This document shows positions 1-10,556 of a stretch of DNA of 64,000 bases, piece after piece; position 1 is the stretch's first letter; the number at the start of each line of letters is the position of its first letter. The translations under genes and the position numbers were made by a program. The notes beneath the pieces are model-generated. The model was given only the letters and a program-made list of their open reading frames with translations, was not told where the DNA came from and ran no database searches. The stretch is from Coleofasciculus sp. B1-GNL1-01. GTDB lineage: Bacteria > Cyanobacteriota > Cyanobacteriia > Cyanobacteriales > Coleofasciculaceae. Location of the stretch: assembly GCA_040220235.1 (NCBI GenBank), contig JAVJTO010000081.1; one strand, 5' to 3'.

Positions 1-1
1 T

Positions 2-565
2 TATCCGGCGGCGGTTGTGGCGGGGAATGTGGAAACATCCCAGGTGATTACCGATGCGCTATATGGGGCGTTGGGGGTAATGGCTGCATCTCAGGGAACA
101 ATGAATAATTTTACCTTTGGTAATGAAAATTATCAATATTATGAAACCATTTGTGGCGGTTCCGGTGCTGGGGTAGAGTTTAATGGGGCAGATGCAGTAC
201 ATACCCACATGACCAATTCTCGTTTAACCGACCCAGAAGTTTTAGAATGGAGGTTTCCGGTGATATTAGAACAGTTTGGCATTCGTGGAAATAGTGGTGG
301 AAAGGGGAAGCAGTGTGGGGGGAATGGTGTGATTCGGCGGATGCGGTTTTTGCAACCGATGACAGCCGCAATTTTATCCGGACATCGAGTTGTTGCACCC
401 TTTGGATTACAGGGGGGAGAAGCGGGTGCTGTGGGGAAGAATTATGTGGAACGTCAGGATGGAACGATTGAGGAATTAGGAAATACGGCGGTTGTGGAAA
501 TGGAGGCGAGAGATGTGTTTGTGATTGAGACGCCTGGGGGTGGAGGATTTGGTAGTTCTGAATGA
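2..565 (+). CDS. Hydantoinase B/5-oxoprolinase, C-terminal part (gene begins before the window)
   Basis: Motifs GNVETSQ, SQGTMNN, YYETICGG, HTHMTNSRLTDPE and ETPGGGG; frame is open back to the window edge. Confidence 0.9.
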   Translation, partial: YPAAVVAGNVETSQVITDALYGALGVMAASQGTMNNFTFGNENYQYYETICGGSGAGVEFNGADAVHTHMTNSRLTDPEVLEWRFPVILEQFGIRGNSGGKGKQCGGNGVIRRMRFLQPMTAAILSGHRVVAPFGLQGGEAGAVGKNYVERQDGTIEELGNTAVVEMEARDVFVIETPGGGGFGSSE

Positions 566-654
566 ACCGGAAAGTGTAGGGGCGCACGTCAGTACATTGG
601 TGTCAACTTAAGGTTAAAAGCTTTCTGTGTGAAATGTTGAATCTCGTTACCTTG

Positions 655-735
655 AAAATAACCCCCCTTAATCCCCCCTTGCTAAGGGGGGAAATGTTCC
701 CTCCCCTTTGTAAGGGGAGGGTTAGGGTGGGGTTG
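655..735. repeat. Pair of GC-rich intergenic hairpin repeats
   Basis: CCCCCCTT-GCT-AAGGGGGG and CTCCCCTT-TGT-AAGGGGAG between convergent genes; related sequences near 8300 and 28430. Confidence 0.6.
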
Positions 736-753
736 TTTTGGGGAGGACAAAAT

Positions 754-1356
754 TCAGTTCAAATTGCCATAAAAGGCGTACTCTGCTTCGGATCCAGACA
801 CATTCAAACGCCAACTATCAAATTGTTCAGAACTCATACATTTATTTCCCGTACTCTGTAAGATGAGTTTGAACCGGGTATTATCAGTTATTCCCGGAGC
901 AAAAATCCCATTACCAGAAACTTTTCCCTCAGCGCGGTATTCTTTGTAAAGGTCTACTTGCCCTTCCAATTGACTACCGAGGGAACTGCGAAAATGAGTC
1001 ACAGTTTGGGGATAGGAGAAGGACAGATTTCCGGTTCGCCCTTGGTCATCAGTGAACTGGAAATTCCACTTTTTGCCATTAGTTGATCGTGATATTGTAT
1101 AGGGAGGTGATGGTTTGCCTAGTCCTTCAATAAGGCTTGCCCCAGCAGGAGTCATGTAAAGTTCAGCTTGGGGGGCAAATTGGAGTTCATTGAAGGTTTT
1201 GAGTTCGTAGTCTCCGACATCTTGCGAGTATTGCTCCCAGGTTCCTGCATCGACGCAACAGGCGCAGGCTGATGCTGGCTGCGGTTGCGGTGCAAATAGG
1301 TAAGTTAGGATAGCGAACGTTACCAGTAGAATGGCGTAGATTAAATTTCGTCTCAT
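754..1356 (-). CDS. Hypothetical secreted protein
   Basis: 200-aa ORF with an N-terminal hydrophobic signal ending ASA, followed by a CACC motif. Confidence 0.7.
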   Translation of the reverse strand: MRRNLIYAILLVTFAILTYLFAPQPQPASACACCVDAGTWEQYSQDVGDYELKTFNELQFAPQAELYMTPAGASLIEGLGKPSPPYTISRSTNGKKWNFQFTDDQGRTGNLSFSYPQTVTHFRSSLGSQLEGQVDLYKEYRAEGKVSGNGIFAPGITDNTRFKLILQSTGNKCMSSEQFDSWRLNVSGSEAEYAFYGNLN

Positions 1357-1696
1357 CCGATATTCAACCTCTAATTTGACAATAGAGCTAAAATAAAGGC
1401 TGAAAAGATTTAGGTCAACCCACCTCAGAGGGAGAGGGGGAAATTAAAAGTGGTATAGGTTTGAGTCAAATTTGAGCCAGTTTTCGTGTAAAATAGCTGC
1501 GATTGTAACTGGGATGATAATTCAGGTTTGTCGGAAACTGATCATCTTAAAAAGAGAACAGATTGTTCCTATTCAGTTAGGGCGCATGTCTTTGCGCCCC
1601 TACGAGGAACATTGAAAGGTTACCTGAGGATTTTCCTTGATATGAGATAATCAGTCTTTTGTCATGAGCAAGCCTTTTGTAGTAGGCGAGTTCGTA

Positions 1697-2125
1697 TTAC
1701 TCGATCCCAAAATCGTCCTCAGTTCCCGCTTCCAAATCGGACTCCCTGTCTATAAAATCGTCCTCAGTTCCCGCTTCCAAATCAGTCATAGCATCCCAGG
1801 TTTGATTCCCAATGATGCCATCTCCAAATAAGCCTCGATCCTCTTGGAAGGTTCTAACGGCTTCACGAGTTCTTTCACCATAAACGCCGTCAATTGCGCC
1901 ATTATAATACCCTTGCTCTTTTAAGAAGCTTTGCACATCGGCAACGGTTTCTCCCGTATTACCATAGCCTAGTGTGGGTGCTGTAGTGTCATATTCCTCT
2001 AGATCAGTAGCAGCCTCAGGGACTTGTGCGTTTATGGGGGCGCTAGCTAAACCGACAGAGGCTAGAGACATCACAGACACCACACCGACAGATACAAAAC
2101 TGGATGGGAAAATTCTGGTACTCAT
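1697..2125 (-). CDS. Secreted peptidoglycan-binding domain protein
   Basis: Signal peptide; PG_binding_1 pattern G..V..VQ..L...GYY.G.IDG.YG..T..AV..FQ...GL..DGI.G..TW; duplicated DLEAGTEDDF tail. Confidence 0.85.
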   Translation of the reverse strand: MSTRIFPSSFVSVGVVSVMSLASVGLASAPINAQVPEAATDLEEYDTTAPTLGYGNTGETVADVQSFLKEQGYYNGAIDGVYGERTREAVRTFQEDRGLFGDGIIGNQTWDAMTDLEAGTEDDFIDRESDLEAGTEDDFGIE

Positions 2126-2516
2126 AATTATAATCTCCTTACAAAATGAATTTTTTAACGTTTTGGGTCTTATCTAGTCAGTCTCGATGAATCTTGAACA
2201 GAAATTAGGCTGGAAAAATTGCCTCATCAAATAAAACTTGTTAAACCTGTCCCAACAATTTAACTGACTATACTTTTAATCTATATAAAATCTTGAGAAG
2301 TAACATTGATCTTAAGTCAGACTTATAATTTACTCCTTTTGAATCCTAAGTAAGGAGCAAGATAGTGTTAAAACTAACCTAAAGGAAGATGCTTTATTAT
2401 CAAGGCAAAGGTACTAAGTAGGTGGACACAATTAAGGTTAACGGTTGAGATTAGGGAACTAATAATATTTTGAGTTGAGGCAAGGCAGAGGGCAGAAAGC
2501 AGAAGTACAGATAATT

Positions 2517-3428
2517 TTAGTCTTTTGATATTTGTGGTTCAGGATTAGATTTGAGTTGAAGAAAATGTCGAATCCTTTGCTGATAGTCTTTGCCAGCTAC
2601 AGTAGCCACATTATCATGATCCGCATCAGGAACCAGGAAGAGTTGTTTTGAACCTGTTATAGTATCAAATAAAACTTGGCTCATGTAAGCAGGTACAACG
2701 GGGTCATCTGTGCCGTGAATTAAAAGAATCGGCATTTTAAGAGCAGGAACTTTGCTTTTCGAGTTAAACTTTTGCGTCAGCAGCAAATCAGCCGGAAATA
2801 ACCCATAGATTCCTTGATGATCGACCATATCCCGCATTGAGGTAAATGTACTTTCCAAAATCAAACCCTGAATGCTGGGATTTTTCACCGCTAAATCGAT
2901 CGCGATCGCGCCCCCTAGAGATTGACCATAGACGACAATATTCTGGGGCGGAATACCCTGTTGCTGCACCAGATAATCCCACGCCGCTTGAGCATCTTGG
3001 TACACTTGGGTTTCAGTGGGAAACTTGCCCTCACTTTGACCATAGCCTCGGTAATCAAATAACAAGACATCCAAACCCAATTGGTGAAATTCCATTGCCC
3101 GTTCGATATTCGCGCCAATATTCTCCCCATTTCCATGTAAATACAGCAGTACCCCGGTTTTGGGCGAGGTGGCGGGAATCCACCACCCATGGAGACGTTC
3201 TGGCTGATCAGAAGTTACAGGTATCCACACCTCCTGATAACTTAAGCCCAAGTCTTCTGGTGTAGTTTTAATGGTCTTAGTGGGAACAAAAACTAGGCGA
3301 TTTTGCCCTAACCAGATAGAGATACAGGCTAACAGATAAATGATGGCGACAATTCCCGCTAGAATTAGGAACCTCTTTCCCAGCAATAAAATATAATTAT
3401 TCATTCCCGTAATACTCTCCCAGGGCAA
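2517..3428 (-). CDS. Alpha/beta hydrolase (ABHD13/Bem46-like)
   Basis: LYLHGNG, DYRGYG, GQSLGG nucleophile elbow, HGTDD and a C-terminal His; start may be 3404. Confidence 0.9.
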   Translation of the reverse strand: MPWESITGMNNYILLLGKRFLILAGIVAIIYLLACISIWLGQNRLVFVPTKTIKTTPEDLGLSYQEVWIPVTSDQPERLHGWWIPATSPKTGVLLYLHGNGENIGANIERAMEFHQLGLDVLLFDYRGYGQSEGKFPTETQVYQDAQAAWDYLVQQQGIPPQNIVVYGQSLGGAIAIDLAVKNPSIQGLILESTFTSMRDMVDHQGIYGLFPADLLLTQKFNSKSKVPALKMPILLIHGTDDPVVPAYMSQVLFDTITGSKQLFLVPDADHDNVATVAGKDYQQRIRHFLQLKSNPEPQISKD

Positions 3429-3622
3429 ATCAAAGCGTTAAACGACTACAAACTTGATGCTGTTTTTGACTCACCTTGTTTTCCAATTAGGGCGGGTTGA
3501 GTCAAGTTATCAGTTTTCTCGATAATGTTATCGGTCAAACCCGCCCCTACAAATTATATCTCCTTGCCCCTGCACCTCTGCCTCCCTGCACCCAGACGTG
3601 CCATGGCACGTCTCTACATGTT

Positions 3623-5080
3623 CTATTTAAGCGGTGGTTGTTTGAGATGCCAATCCGTAGACTGTTCGTAAGCGTAAGCGACTTGAAATACCTGTTCTTC
3701 GCCCAATACTTTCCCAATTAGTTGCATCCCAATGGGTAATCCTTGGTCATCAAATCCACAAGGAATACTCATTCCTGGTAATCCTGACAAGTTTACGGGA
3801 ATTGTCATTAAGTCCGATAAGTACATAGTTAACGGATCTGAGATTTTTTCTCCGGCTTTAAATGGAGGAGTTGGGGCGGTGGGACAAACTAAAACATCTA
3901 CCTTTTCAAAGGCTTGCTCGAAGTCTTGCTTAATTAGGGTACGAACTTTTTGCGCTTTAAGATAATAAGCGTCATAATAGCCAGCGGATAGAGCATAGGT
4001 TCCCAACATAATCCGGCGCTTGACTTCCGCCCCGAACCCGGCTGCACGAGTTTTCTTGTACATTTCTAAAAGATTTTCGGCTTCCGGCGTGCGAAACCCA
4101 TACTTGACGCCATCGTAGCGAGCGAGGTTGGCTGAGGCTTCACTGGGAGCAATAATATAGTAGGCGGGCAATCCATAGCGAAATCGGGGACAAGAAATTT
4201 CTTGTACTTCAGCACCTAGGCTTTTGAGCTGATCAATGGCTTGTTGAACGGTTTGGGCAATGACAGGATCTAAGCCTTCACCAAAGGTTTCTTTAATAAT
4301 GCCAATTTTGAGACCTTTGGATTTTAAATCAGGTTGCAGGGATTGGGTGTAGTCGGGAATCTCCAGCTTGAGACTGGTTGAGTCATTTGGATCATAGCCT
4401 GCGATCGCGTTAAGTAAAATAGCCGCATCTTCTACGCTTCGTCCAAACGGACCAATTTGATCCAACGACGATGCATAAGCGACTAAACCATAACGAGACA
4501 CTAACCCATAGGTGGGTTTCATGCCAACAATCCCGCAGAATGATGCAGGTAGACGAATTGAACCCCCTGTATCCGAACCGATCGCAACCACACATTCGCT
4601 AGCCGCAACCGCCGTAGCCGAACCCCCAGAGGAACCCCCAGGGACGCGGGACAAGTCCCATGGATTCGCTGTCTGTTGATAGCCAGAGGTTTCGCAGGAA
4701 CTCCCCATAGCAAATTCATCCAAATTAGTTTTGCCCACCATGACAGCCCCCGCATCCTTAAGTTTTTGAGTCACGGTAGACTCATAAGGTGGGACGAAGT
4801 TTTCCAGGATGCGAGAGGCGCAGGTAGTGGGAATACCTTGAGTACACATATTATCTTTGATGCCAATCGGAATCCCCGCCAACATGCCGATTTCTTCCCC
4901 CGCTGCGATTTTGGCATCCACTTGACGCGCCTGTTCAAGGGCATAGTCGGCTGTAATATGCAAAAAGCTATGGATTTTCGGTTCTAGCGCCTGAATGCGA
5001 TTGAGGGCGTCTTGCGTGATTTCAACACTGGTGCGTTCTTTGTCGATAAGTTGTTGGTGCAGCTCACGAATGGATGCCAT
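3623..5080 (-). CDS. gatA: Asp-tRNA(Asn)/Glu-tRNA(Gln) amidotransferase subunit A
   Basis: Amidase signature [23 protein letters not shown] and [20 protein letters not shown]. Confidence 0.98.
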   Translation of the reverse strand: MASIRELHQQLIDKERTSVEITQDALNRIQALEPKIHSFLHITADYALEQARQVDAKIAAGEEIGMLAGIPIGIKDNMCTQGIPTTCASRILENFVPPYESTVTQKLKDAGAVMVGKTNLDEFAMGSSCETSGYQQTANPWDLSRVPGGSSGGSATAVAASECVVAIGSDTGGSIRLPASFCGIVGMKPTYGLVSRYGLVAYASSLDQIGPFGRSVEDAAILLNAIAGYDPNDSTSLKLEIPDYTQSLQPDLKSKGLKIGIIKETFGEGLDPVIAQTVQQAIDQLKSLGAEVQEISCPRFRYGLPAYYIIAPSEASANLARYDGVKYGFRTPEAENLLEMYKKTRAAGFGAEVKRRIMLGTYALSAGYYDAYYLKAQKVRTLIKQDFEQAFEKVDVLVCPTAPTPPFKAGEKISDPLTMYLSDLMTIPVNLSGLPGMSIPCGFDDQGLPIGMQLIGKVLGEEQVFQVAYAYEQSTDWHLKQPPLK

Positions 5081-5203
5081 GCTTGTACCTATTTATATTG
5101 ATTTACCATGTTTGCCTTTCGTATTTTGGCAAAAATTCACCGAAAAAGGGGTTTGGTGACAAAAAGGGGTTTGGAAACCAAACAGGGTTTGGAGACCAAA
5201 CCC

Positions 5204-5602
5204 CTACTGCTGTTGCGCCTGATAGGTCAAAAATTGTTGCAAAACTCCCACCGTTTCAAAATGGTAAGCGGGCAATAAGGGGCTGATGTTAATATCGGTG
5301 CGGTAAATGCTGAAAATTACCCAGTTTTGTCGTTCAGTCTGCTGGTCAATAATTTGCTGGATTTGGGGACGTCCCGTATCCACGAGGGATTGGCATTGAC
5401 GCTTGAGGAATTCTGGATCAGGATTGAGAAACTCTAATTGCTTGGGGGTTTGAGTGCAAACTTCATCTTTGAGGTAGGTGCTGAGTTTTTCAACGGCGTA
5501 CTCCTCATAAGCCTCCTTACCCGGATTCATCCATGCCAATCCAACTCCTAGCACAACTAGCGCGGTTCCACCCAATGCTGTAATAATTTTTAACGATTTC
5601 AT
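5204..5602 (-). CDS. DUF4359-like cyanobacterial membrane-anchored protein
   Basis: N-terminal TM followed by NP...Y..YA...L; T.R.N..IFSIYRT; FETVG....F. Confidence 0.75.
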   Translation of the reverse strand: MKSLKIITALGGTALVVLGVGLAWMNPGKEAYEEYAVEKLSTYLKDEVCTQTPKQLEFLNPDPEFLKRQCQSLVDTGRPQIQQIIDQQTERQNWVIFSIYRTDINISPLLPAYHFETVGVLQQFLTYQAQQQ

Positions 5603-5719
5603 GCCACTCCGTTAAGCCTCCATGGGTTATGACTTTCGCCTCTAACGTATGAGTTCCGGTAAATTGCCAAGAAATACTGTTGCAACTCACCGACTTGATG
5701 CTATACTAAAAAACTGTAT

Positions 5720-5793
5720 GGCGAGCGTAGCCAAGGGGTTAAGGCAGTGGATTGTGGTTCCACCATTCGTGGGTTCGAGTCCCATCGTTCGCC
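5720..5793 (+). tRNA. trnH: tRNA-His (GTG)
   Basis: G-1 plus GCGAGCG/CGTTCGC acceptor stem, anticodon loop TTGTGGT, T-loop GGTTCGAGTCC; CCA not encoded. Confidence 0.97.
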
Positions 5794-6033
5794 CTTAAAT
5801 TAAAATCATCTCAGTCCTGATGTACGATACTTATCGTTAAGCTTGATCCTGTAAGGGTTTAAGCGACGATAGGTTCAACGCTTATAAAAATTTCTGCTTC
5901 GATGGCTGAAGCTCCATAATAGCTCCCATCCTTGGTGTGCGTTAAGCGAAGCCATGCCGCAGGCTTTGCATCTTGCTCGCTACCTATACCCAATTTAAAC
6001 GCGAAATAATACCATTAAATCCAGATTTTGTCA

Positions 6034-6072
6034 AGAAAATGCCCCGTTCTCTCTTCCAGAGTAAGAACGAGG
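6034..6072 (-). terminator. Probable intrinsic terminator downstream of the DUF4278 gene
   Basis: Minus-strand stem CCTCGTTCTT/GAGAACGGGG (10 bp including 2 G-U pairs) followed by CATTTTC. Confidence 0.5.
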
Positions 6073-6217
6073 AAATTGGGAGTGGCAAGGAATCACCAAA
6101 ATCAATTTAAGAACTTAGCTATTCCGCTAATCAGCAATGTAAGTGGGAAAACAATGATACACTTCTATCCCTGTTTATTTTAAAATAGCTAAGTCAACAT
6201 GTTGTTCTTTTTAGAAA

Positions 6218-6475
6218 TTAAGCTTGTGCTTTTATAGGTTGAACAAATACATGGGAAATATTGTATTTGCACCCCAAAAATTGTACGGTATGCTTACCTT
6301 TATCTTCAGGAACACCTCGATAAACCAATCCTGATTTATCCTGGGGGGCTAAATTCATCGCTGTCCGGTGAACCATATAGTAACCTCCCCGGAATTTTGC
6401 GACCTCACCTGTGTCAACAATTTTAAATTGAACAGGCTTTTTTTCGTAAGAGACACCGCGATAGCAAAACTTCAT
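6218..6475 (-). CDS. DUF4278 family small protein
   Basis: Repeated YRGV.Y / KFRG / LVYRGV motifs. Confidence 0.8.
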   Translation of the reverse strand: MKFCYRGVSYEKKPVQFKIVDTGEVAKFRGGYYMVHRTAMNLAPQDKSGLVYRGVPEDKGKHTVQFLGCKYNISHVFVQPIKAQA

Positions 6476-6585
6476 TGGTTCTTATTGAATTCATAAACTT
6501 TTATCTATCATATACAGCTAACAATTTCTCAGCAAGTATTCCACCCCTGTTTTTGTTCACAATTCATTTAAAGGGGGTGGGGTGG

Positions 6586-6874
6586 TTATATCGGTTCAAA
6601 CTGTGCGATCGCGGCTTGAACAACCACAGCACAAGCTTCATACTGTGCCAAGTTTCCCTTTAAGCTCAACGTAGTTGTCTGTCGTTCCCACTCATATCCC
6701 AGTTCAACACCGATTGGATCAGGGAGTACATGCACAGTTACGCCTGTGTCTAGTCAACCGGATGTGGCGACAGATTGTTGCTGATAGAGCAGGGTGATGG
6801 GTAAATATGGACGAAAGCCAGCTTCACCGAGTTACCACATCAGCACAGATAAAAGGATATCGCTGGGCGTTAAG
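6586..6874 (-). pseudogene. Pseudogene of a small cyanobacterial retropepsin-like (DTG) aspartyl protease family protein
   Basis: Manual translation LNAQRYPFICADVV/frameshift/LGEAGFRPYLPITLLYQQQSVATSG*LDTGVTVHVLPDPIGVELGYEWERQTTTLSLKGNLAQYEA...FEPI*; start lost, one frameshift, two stops. Confidence 0.7.
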
Positions 6875-7032
6875 CTGTCATGCATTTAAATTGGGAATGG
6901 GTAGCGAGCAAGATGCTCGCACTGAACGTGATTTCGCCATTATTGACATTAAGGTTTAAATGCCGAACAGCAGTTTATCGGGTAGCGGAATTAGAGAATA
7001 TCTATTAATGTATAATATCTTATTGACTCACT

Positions 7033-7959
7033 TCATTTTATTTGTTTGGGAAATGTCCGATGAGTCAAGATCCAAGGATCATCCGGCGTAGCTTTGAAGT
7101 CTTTACGAAAGTTACGATCGCTAAACTGGCGTATAATTTCACCGCCAATGAACTGGGTATTCATCAAAAAACTCCCAAGAGCTAAACGGGAAAAATCTTT
7201 GGCTTCATACCGACTTTCAACATAGTCTGGAAGTTGCTTAACGGCGAATAATACAGTTTTTTGATCGAGGTTTGGTAACTGTTGAGCAGTTTTATATACC
7301 AAGTTTTCCAGGTTGTGTCCATAACCCTGTTTCTTGCTTTTCAAAGTTTCCTCATTAATCCCTTTAGCCATAAGAGCGCCCTTTAATAGCAGTTCTGTCG
7401 ATATACAACAATTTTGGATTACAGCATATTTATTGAATGAACCTAATACAGTCGCTGCCGCTGCCTCAAGTTGCTGTTTGGCTAGAAACCACCATTCCAC
7501 CGTTTTACTAGGGAGTTTACTTATTTTATTAATGTCATCAAGTCCATACACAAAATCCAGAATATCAATGACTTGATCAAAGAAAGCAAACCCAGATTGT
7601 TGATCATTAAACAGCCATTTTTTTTGTCTCTCAGGTACATCTATGAAATCCACTGGTTTGATTGCAGGTGTGCCAACAATGAGTGGAATGCGTATAGGAA
7701 AAAATACATCCCGGAACATAAAGGCTCCTATATGCATAGGCGGCTTATGAAGATCGGAGGAACGATATAATTCACTGTATATCTGATTAACGGCGTTGAA
7801 AAGTGGATCGTTTTCAAGAGTAGTGCTACTACCAGGGTGCAAACGCTGTGCAATTTTCATGTATGTCCCTATAGGACGTTGCCAGGGTTCTGCCCCCTCT
7901 TGAATTAGTTCGTCATCTACTTCAATGACAAGCTTCAACAACTCATTTTTTTCTGTCAC
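7033..7959 (-). CDS. Hypothetical protein with C-terminal HEPN-like domain
   Basis: AT-rich 308-aa ORF; helical C-terminus with ELLLKG...GHNLENL...SRY pattern. Confidence 0.6.
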   Translation of the reverse strand: MTEKNELLKLVIEVDDELIQEGAEPWQRPIGTYMKIAQRLHPGSSTTLENDPLFNAVNQIYSELYRSSDLHKPPMHIGAFMFRDVFFPIRIPLIVGTPAIKPVDFIDVPERQKKWLFNDQQSGFAFFDQVIDILDFVYGLDDINKISKLPSKTVEWWFLAKQQLEAAAATVLGSFNKYAVIQNCCISTELLLKGALMAKGINEETLKSKKQGYGHNLENLVYKTAQQLPNLDQKTVLFAVKQLPDYVESRYEAKDFSRLALGSFLMNTQFIGGEIIRQFSDRNFRKDFKATPDDPWILTHRTFPKQIK

Positions 7960-8261
7960 TTCTACACTTAAACTAGAAACTTATGCCACTATGTTACACA
8001 ATTCTAGGCGTTAAAAACCCAACAATTCAATGTAAAGGTTGGTTGGCAATGCCCACCCTACGGTATGTCAAGGGTTGTGGCGACTCCAAAATGCAAATTT
8101 TCAGTGCTATTCTACTTAGGTGAGGGCGCAAGCCTTGCGCCCCTATGTTTGGGTGTATCGTTAGCAGTTGAGAGCCGCTACAGAGTTTTCTGCCTTAGGT
8201 AAGGTAGGAGTGATCGCGTCATTGATTATTGTGCTACTGTTTTTCAGAAGTTCTAGCATCG

Positions 8262-8369
8262 ATACAGCGCTTAATTCTGTAATAAAGTACAGTAGATCAA
8301 AGTCCCCCTTTTTAAGGGGGATTTAGGGGGATCGACAATGTATCGCATAGCAGAGCAAACTGCTGTATC
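8262..8369. mobile_element. MITE-like element with TACAGC...GCTGTA ends
   Basis: An inverted second copy with an internal insertion lies at ~28312-28510 and shares CTGTAATAAAGTACAGTAGATCAAAGTCCCCCT and GGGATTTAGGGGGATCGACAATGTA. Confidence 0.65.
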
Positions 8370-8586
8370 TTTTGTTGAGTTTCCTGGCGTCAACCCAACC
8401 TACAACTACAACTAGCATCGATTTCGATTACTGGACTACTGTTCTAGAGCGTCAGTCGGCGTAATAGCAGTTAGCGGTGGGTAATACAAATCTGGGTTGA
8501 TTACCTCCTTTATAATCCAGTCCGCGCAGGCGAACTTTGTTTGTGTAGCAGCGATTTTAATCGCCGTGACTTCTTGAACTGATACG

Positions 8587-10422
8587 CTATAAATTATGCT
8601 CGATCGCCCGATTCAGATTCCACGCCGCACTAATTAAAGATACATGGGTAAACGCTTGGGGAAAATTGCCCAACGCTTCACCACTTGATCCCGTTTCCTC
8701 GGCATACAATCCTAAATGGTTGGCATAACTGAGCATCTGTTCAAAAATCAGTCGAGCGCGATCAAGTCGCTTAGTGTCTGCTTTTCCCGCCCTTGTCAAC
8801 GCCTCAACTAGCCAGAATGTACAGAGATTAAACGTTCCTTCTGTCCCTGAAATACCATCTGGCGCTTCTTCGGGATTATACCGATACACTAAACTATCGG
8901 AAACCAGTCCCCCTATTTCTGGGGGGGAATTAATCGCATCCAGGGTTTTCAACATGCGAGGATCAGTGGGAGACATGAAGAAAATTAAGGGCATAATCAG
9001 ATTACTGGCATCTAGGGACGTGCTACCGTAATATTGAACAAAAGCTTGACGCTCCTCACTCCATCCCTTTGTCATAATTTCTTCATAGATGCGATCGCGT
9101 TCCTTAAGCCATCGCTGGTGATCTGCTGGCAATGAGCGCTTTTGAGCCAAACGTAAACCACGATCAAGTGCAACCCAACACATGAGATTAGAGTAAATAA
9201 AGTCTTTACGTCCCCCGCGTGTTTCCCAGATTCCTTCATCTTGGCGTTGCCAATTATCGCAAACCCAATTCAGTAACCGCCGTAGGGATAGCCACAAGTC
9301 ATAGGAAATCGGCGTGCCATATTTGTTGAACAAATATACCGAGTCCATCAATTCGCCATAAATATCAAGCTGTAACTGCTTATAAGCCCCATTGCCAATC
9401 CGAACCGGGTAAGATCCCTTATACCCCTCAAGATGATCCAGAATCTCTTCATCGAGATCATGATAGCCATCAATACCATACATAATCTGCAACGGATCTT
9501 CTGCATCCAACTCCTGACAGCGATTTTCCAAGAACAGCATGAACTGGGCGGCTTCCTCGGTAAACCCGATACGGAGTAGGGCATACAGGGTAAAGGATGC
9601 ATCTCGAATCCAGGTATAGCGATAATCCCAATTTCGGGAACCCCCAATCATTTCTGGCAAGCTGCAAGTCGGCGCGGCTATAATTGCTCCCGTAGGTTCG
9701 TAGGTGAGTAATTTTAACGCCAGGGCTGAACGTTCCACCGTCTCGCGCCATCGACCTTCATAAGTACATTTGCCAATCCAGCGTCGCCAATACGCCACCG
9801 TATCGTCAAAGAGTTGAATCGCTTCTTGATGGCGCAGGGGCAAACTACACCCCCCATCCTGGTCAGTTTCTTGCAGCACAAAAACGGCGGTTTGTCCAGA
9901 CTCTAACGTAAATTCGGTGAAGACACCGCATTCATTTTGTTTTAAAGGAACATCCGTCACCAACCCCAAACTCAGAGACGGCGACTTAAAACACGCCCCC
10001 GTGGATGAGAGAATCGTCTCGTGGCGATCGCGGGCATAATTAAAAGCAGGATAGCACTCTAAGCGAAACTTCATTTTGCAGCGAACGACTTTAACCTGCC
10101 GCACTAACCAGTGATACCCTTTCTGATTCACTGGCATACCAACAGGCATAAAATCAATAATCTCACCTACCCCACAAGACGCCAGGAAGCGAGTCACCAA
10201 CACATTCGTTTCGGGCCAATATAACTGTTTATGAGTGACGCCATCCACACAGGGAGCAATCTTAAAATGACCCCCTTTCTCAGCATCCAGTAATGCGGCA
10301 AAAACACTCGGAGAATCGTGTCGAGGAAAGCAAAACCAGTCAATTGAACCTCCTAAGCCAACTAAGGCTGTGGTGTGCATATTGCCGATAATGCCGTAAT
10401 TCTCGATAGATTGATATGCCAT
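8587..10422 (-). CDS. Glycoside hydrolase family 15 (trehalase/glucoamylase-like)
   Basis: [25 protein letters not shown] and [10 protein letters not shown] motifs. Confidence 0.95.
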   Translation of the reverse strand: MAYQSIENYGIIGNMHTTALVGLGGSIDWFCFPRHDSPSVFAALLDAEKGGHFKIAPCVDGVTHKQLYWPETNVLVTRFLASCGVGEIIDFMPVGMPVNQKGYHWLVRQVKVVRCKMKFRLECYPAFNYARDRHETILSSTGACFKSPSLSLGLVTDVPLKQNECGVFTEFTLESGQTAVFVLQETDQDGGCSLPLRHQEAIQLFDDTVAYWRRWIGKCTYEGRWRETVERSALALKLLTYEPTGAIIAAPTCSLPEMIGGSRNWDYRYTWIRDASFTLYALLRIGFTEEAAQFMLFLENRCQELDAEDPLQIMYGIDGYHDLDEEILDHLEGYKGSYPVRIGNGAYKQLQLDIYGELMDSVYLFNKYGTPISYDLWLSLRRLLNWVCDNWQRQDEGIWETRGGRKDFIYSNLMCWVALDRGLRLAQKRSLPADHQRWLKERDRIYEEIMTKGWSEERQAFVQYYGSTSLDASNLIMPLIFFMSPTDPRMLKTLDAINSPPEIGGLVSDSLVYRYNPEEAPDGISGTEGTFNLCTFWLVEALTRAGKADTKRLDRARLIFEQMLSYANHLGLYAEETGSSGEALGNFPQAFTHVSLISAAWNLNRAIEHNL

Positions 10423-10556
10423 TGAATTATGAATGTTTAATGTTCAATTTTGAAGTTTAAACCACCGTCCATTAATCAAGGAAAAATGACAAATGACGTA
10501 GCTTGCTTCTTTTGGGAAGCGAGTATGACGAATGACGAATGACGAATGACATAAGA

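Noticed and set aside
634..861. 75-aa ORF and similar short ORFs at 3497, 14523, 46462, 49695 and 60985
   Set aside because: Read through repeat DNA or antisense to real genes; no coding features
5140..5205. Three 18-bp tandem units (AAAGGGGTTTGG...) as a mini-CRISPR
   Set aside because: No spacers; they are decayed copies of a GTAG REP arm
6476..6585. Glutamine riboswitch upstream of the DUF4278 gene
   Set aside because: Such genes often carry one, but no CGTT...GAACG-type P1 stem is visible; the region further upstream is a pseudogene
5794..8580. Intact integrative element at tRNA-His
   Set aside because: No integrase and no duplicated tRNA 3' end found in the window
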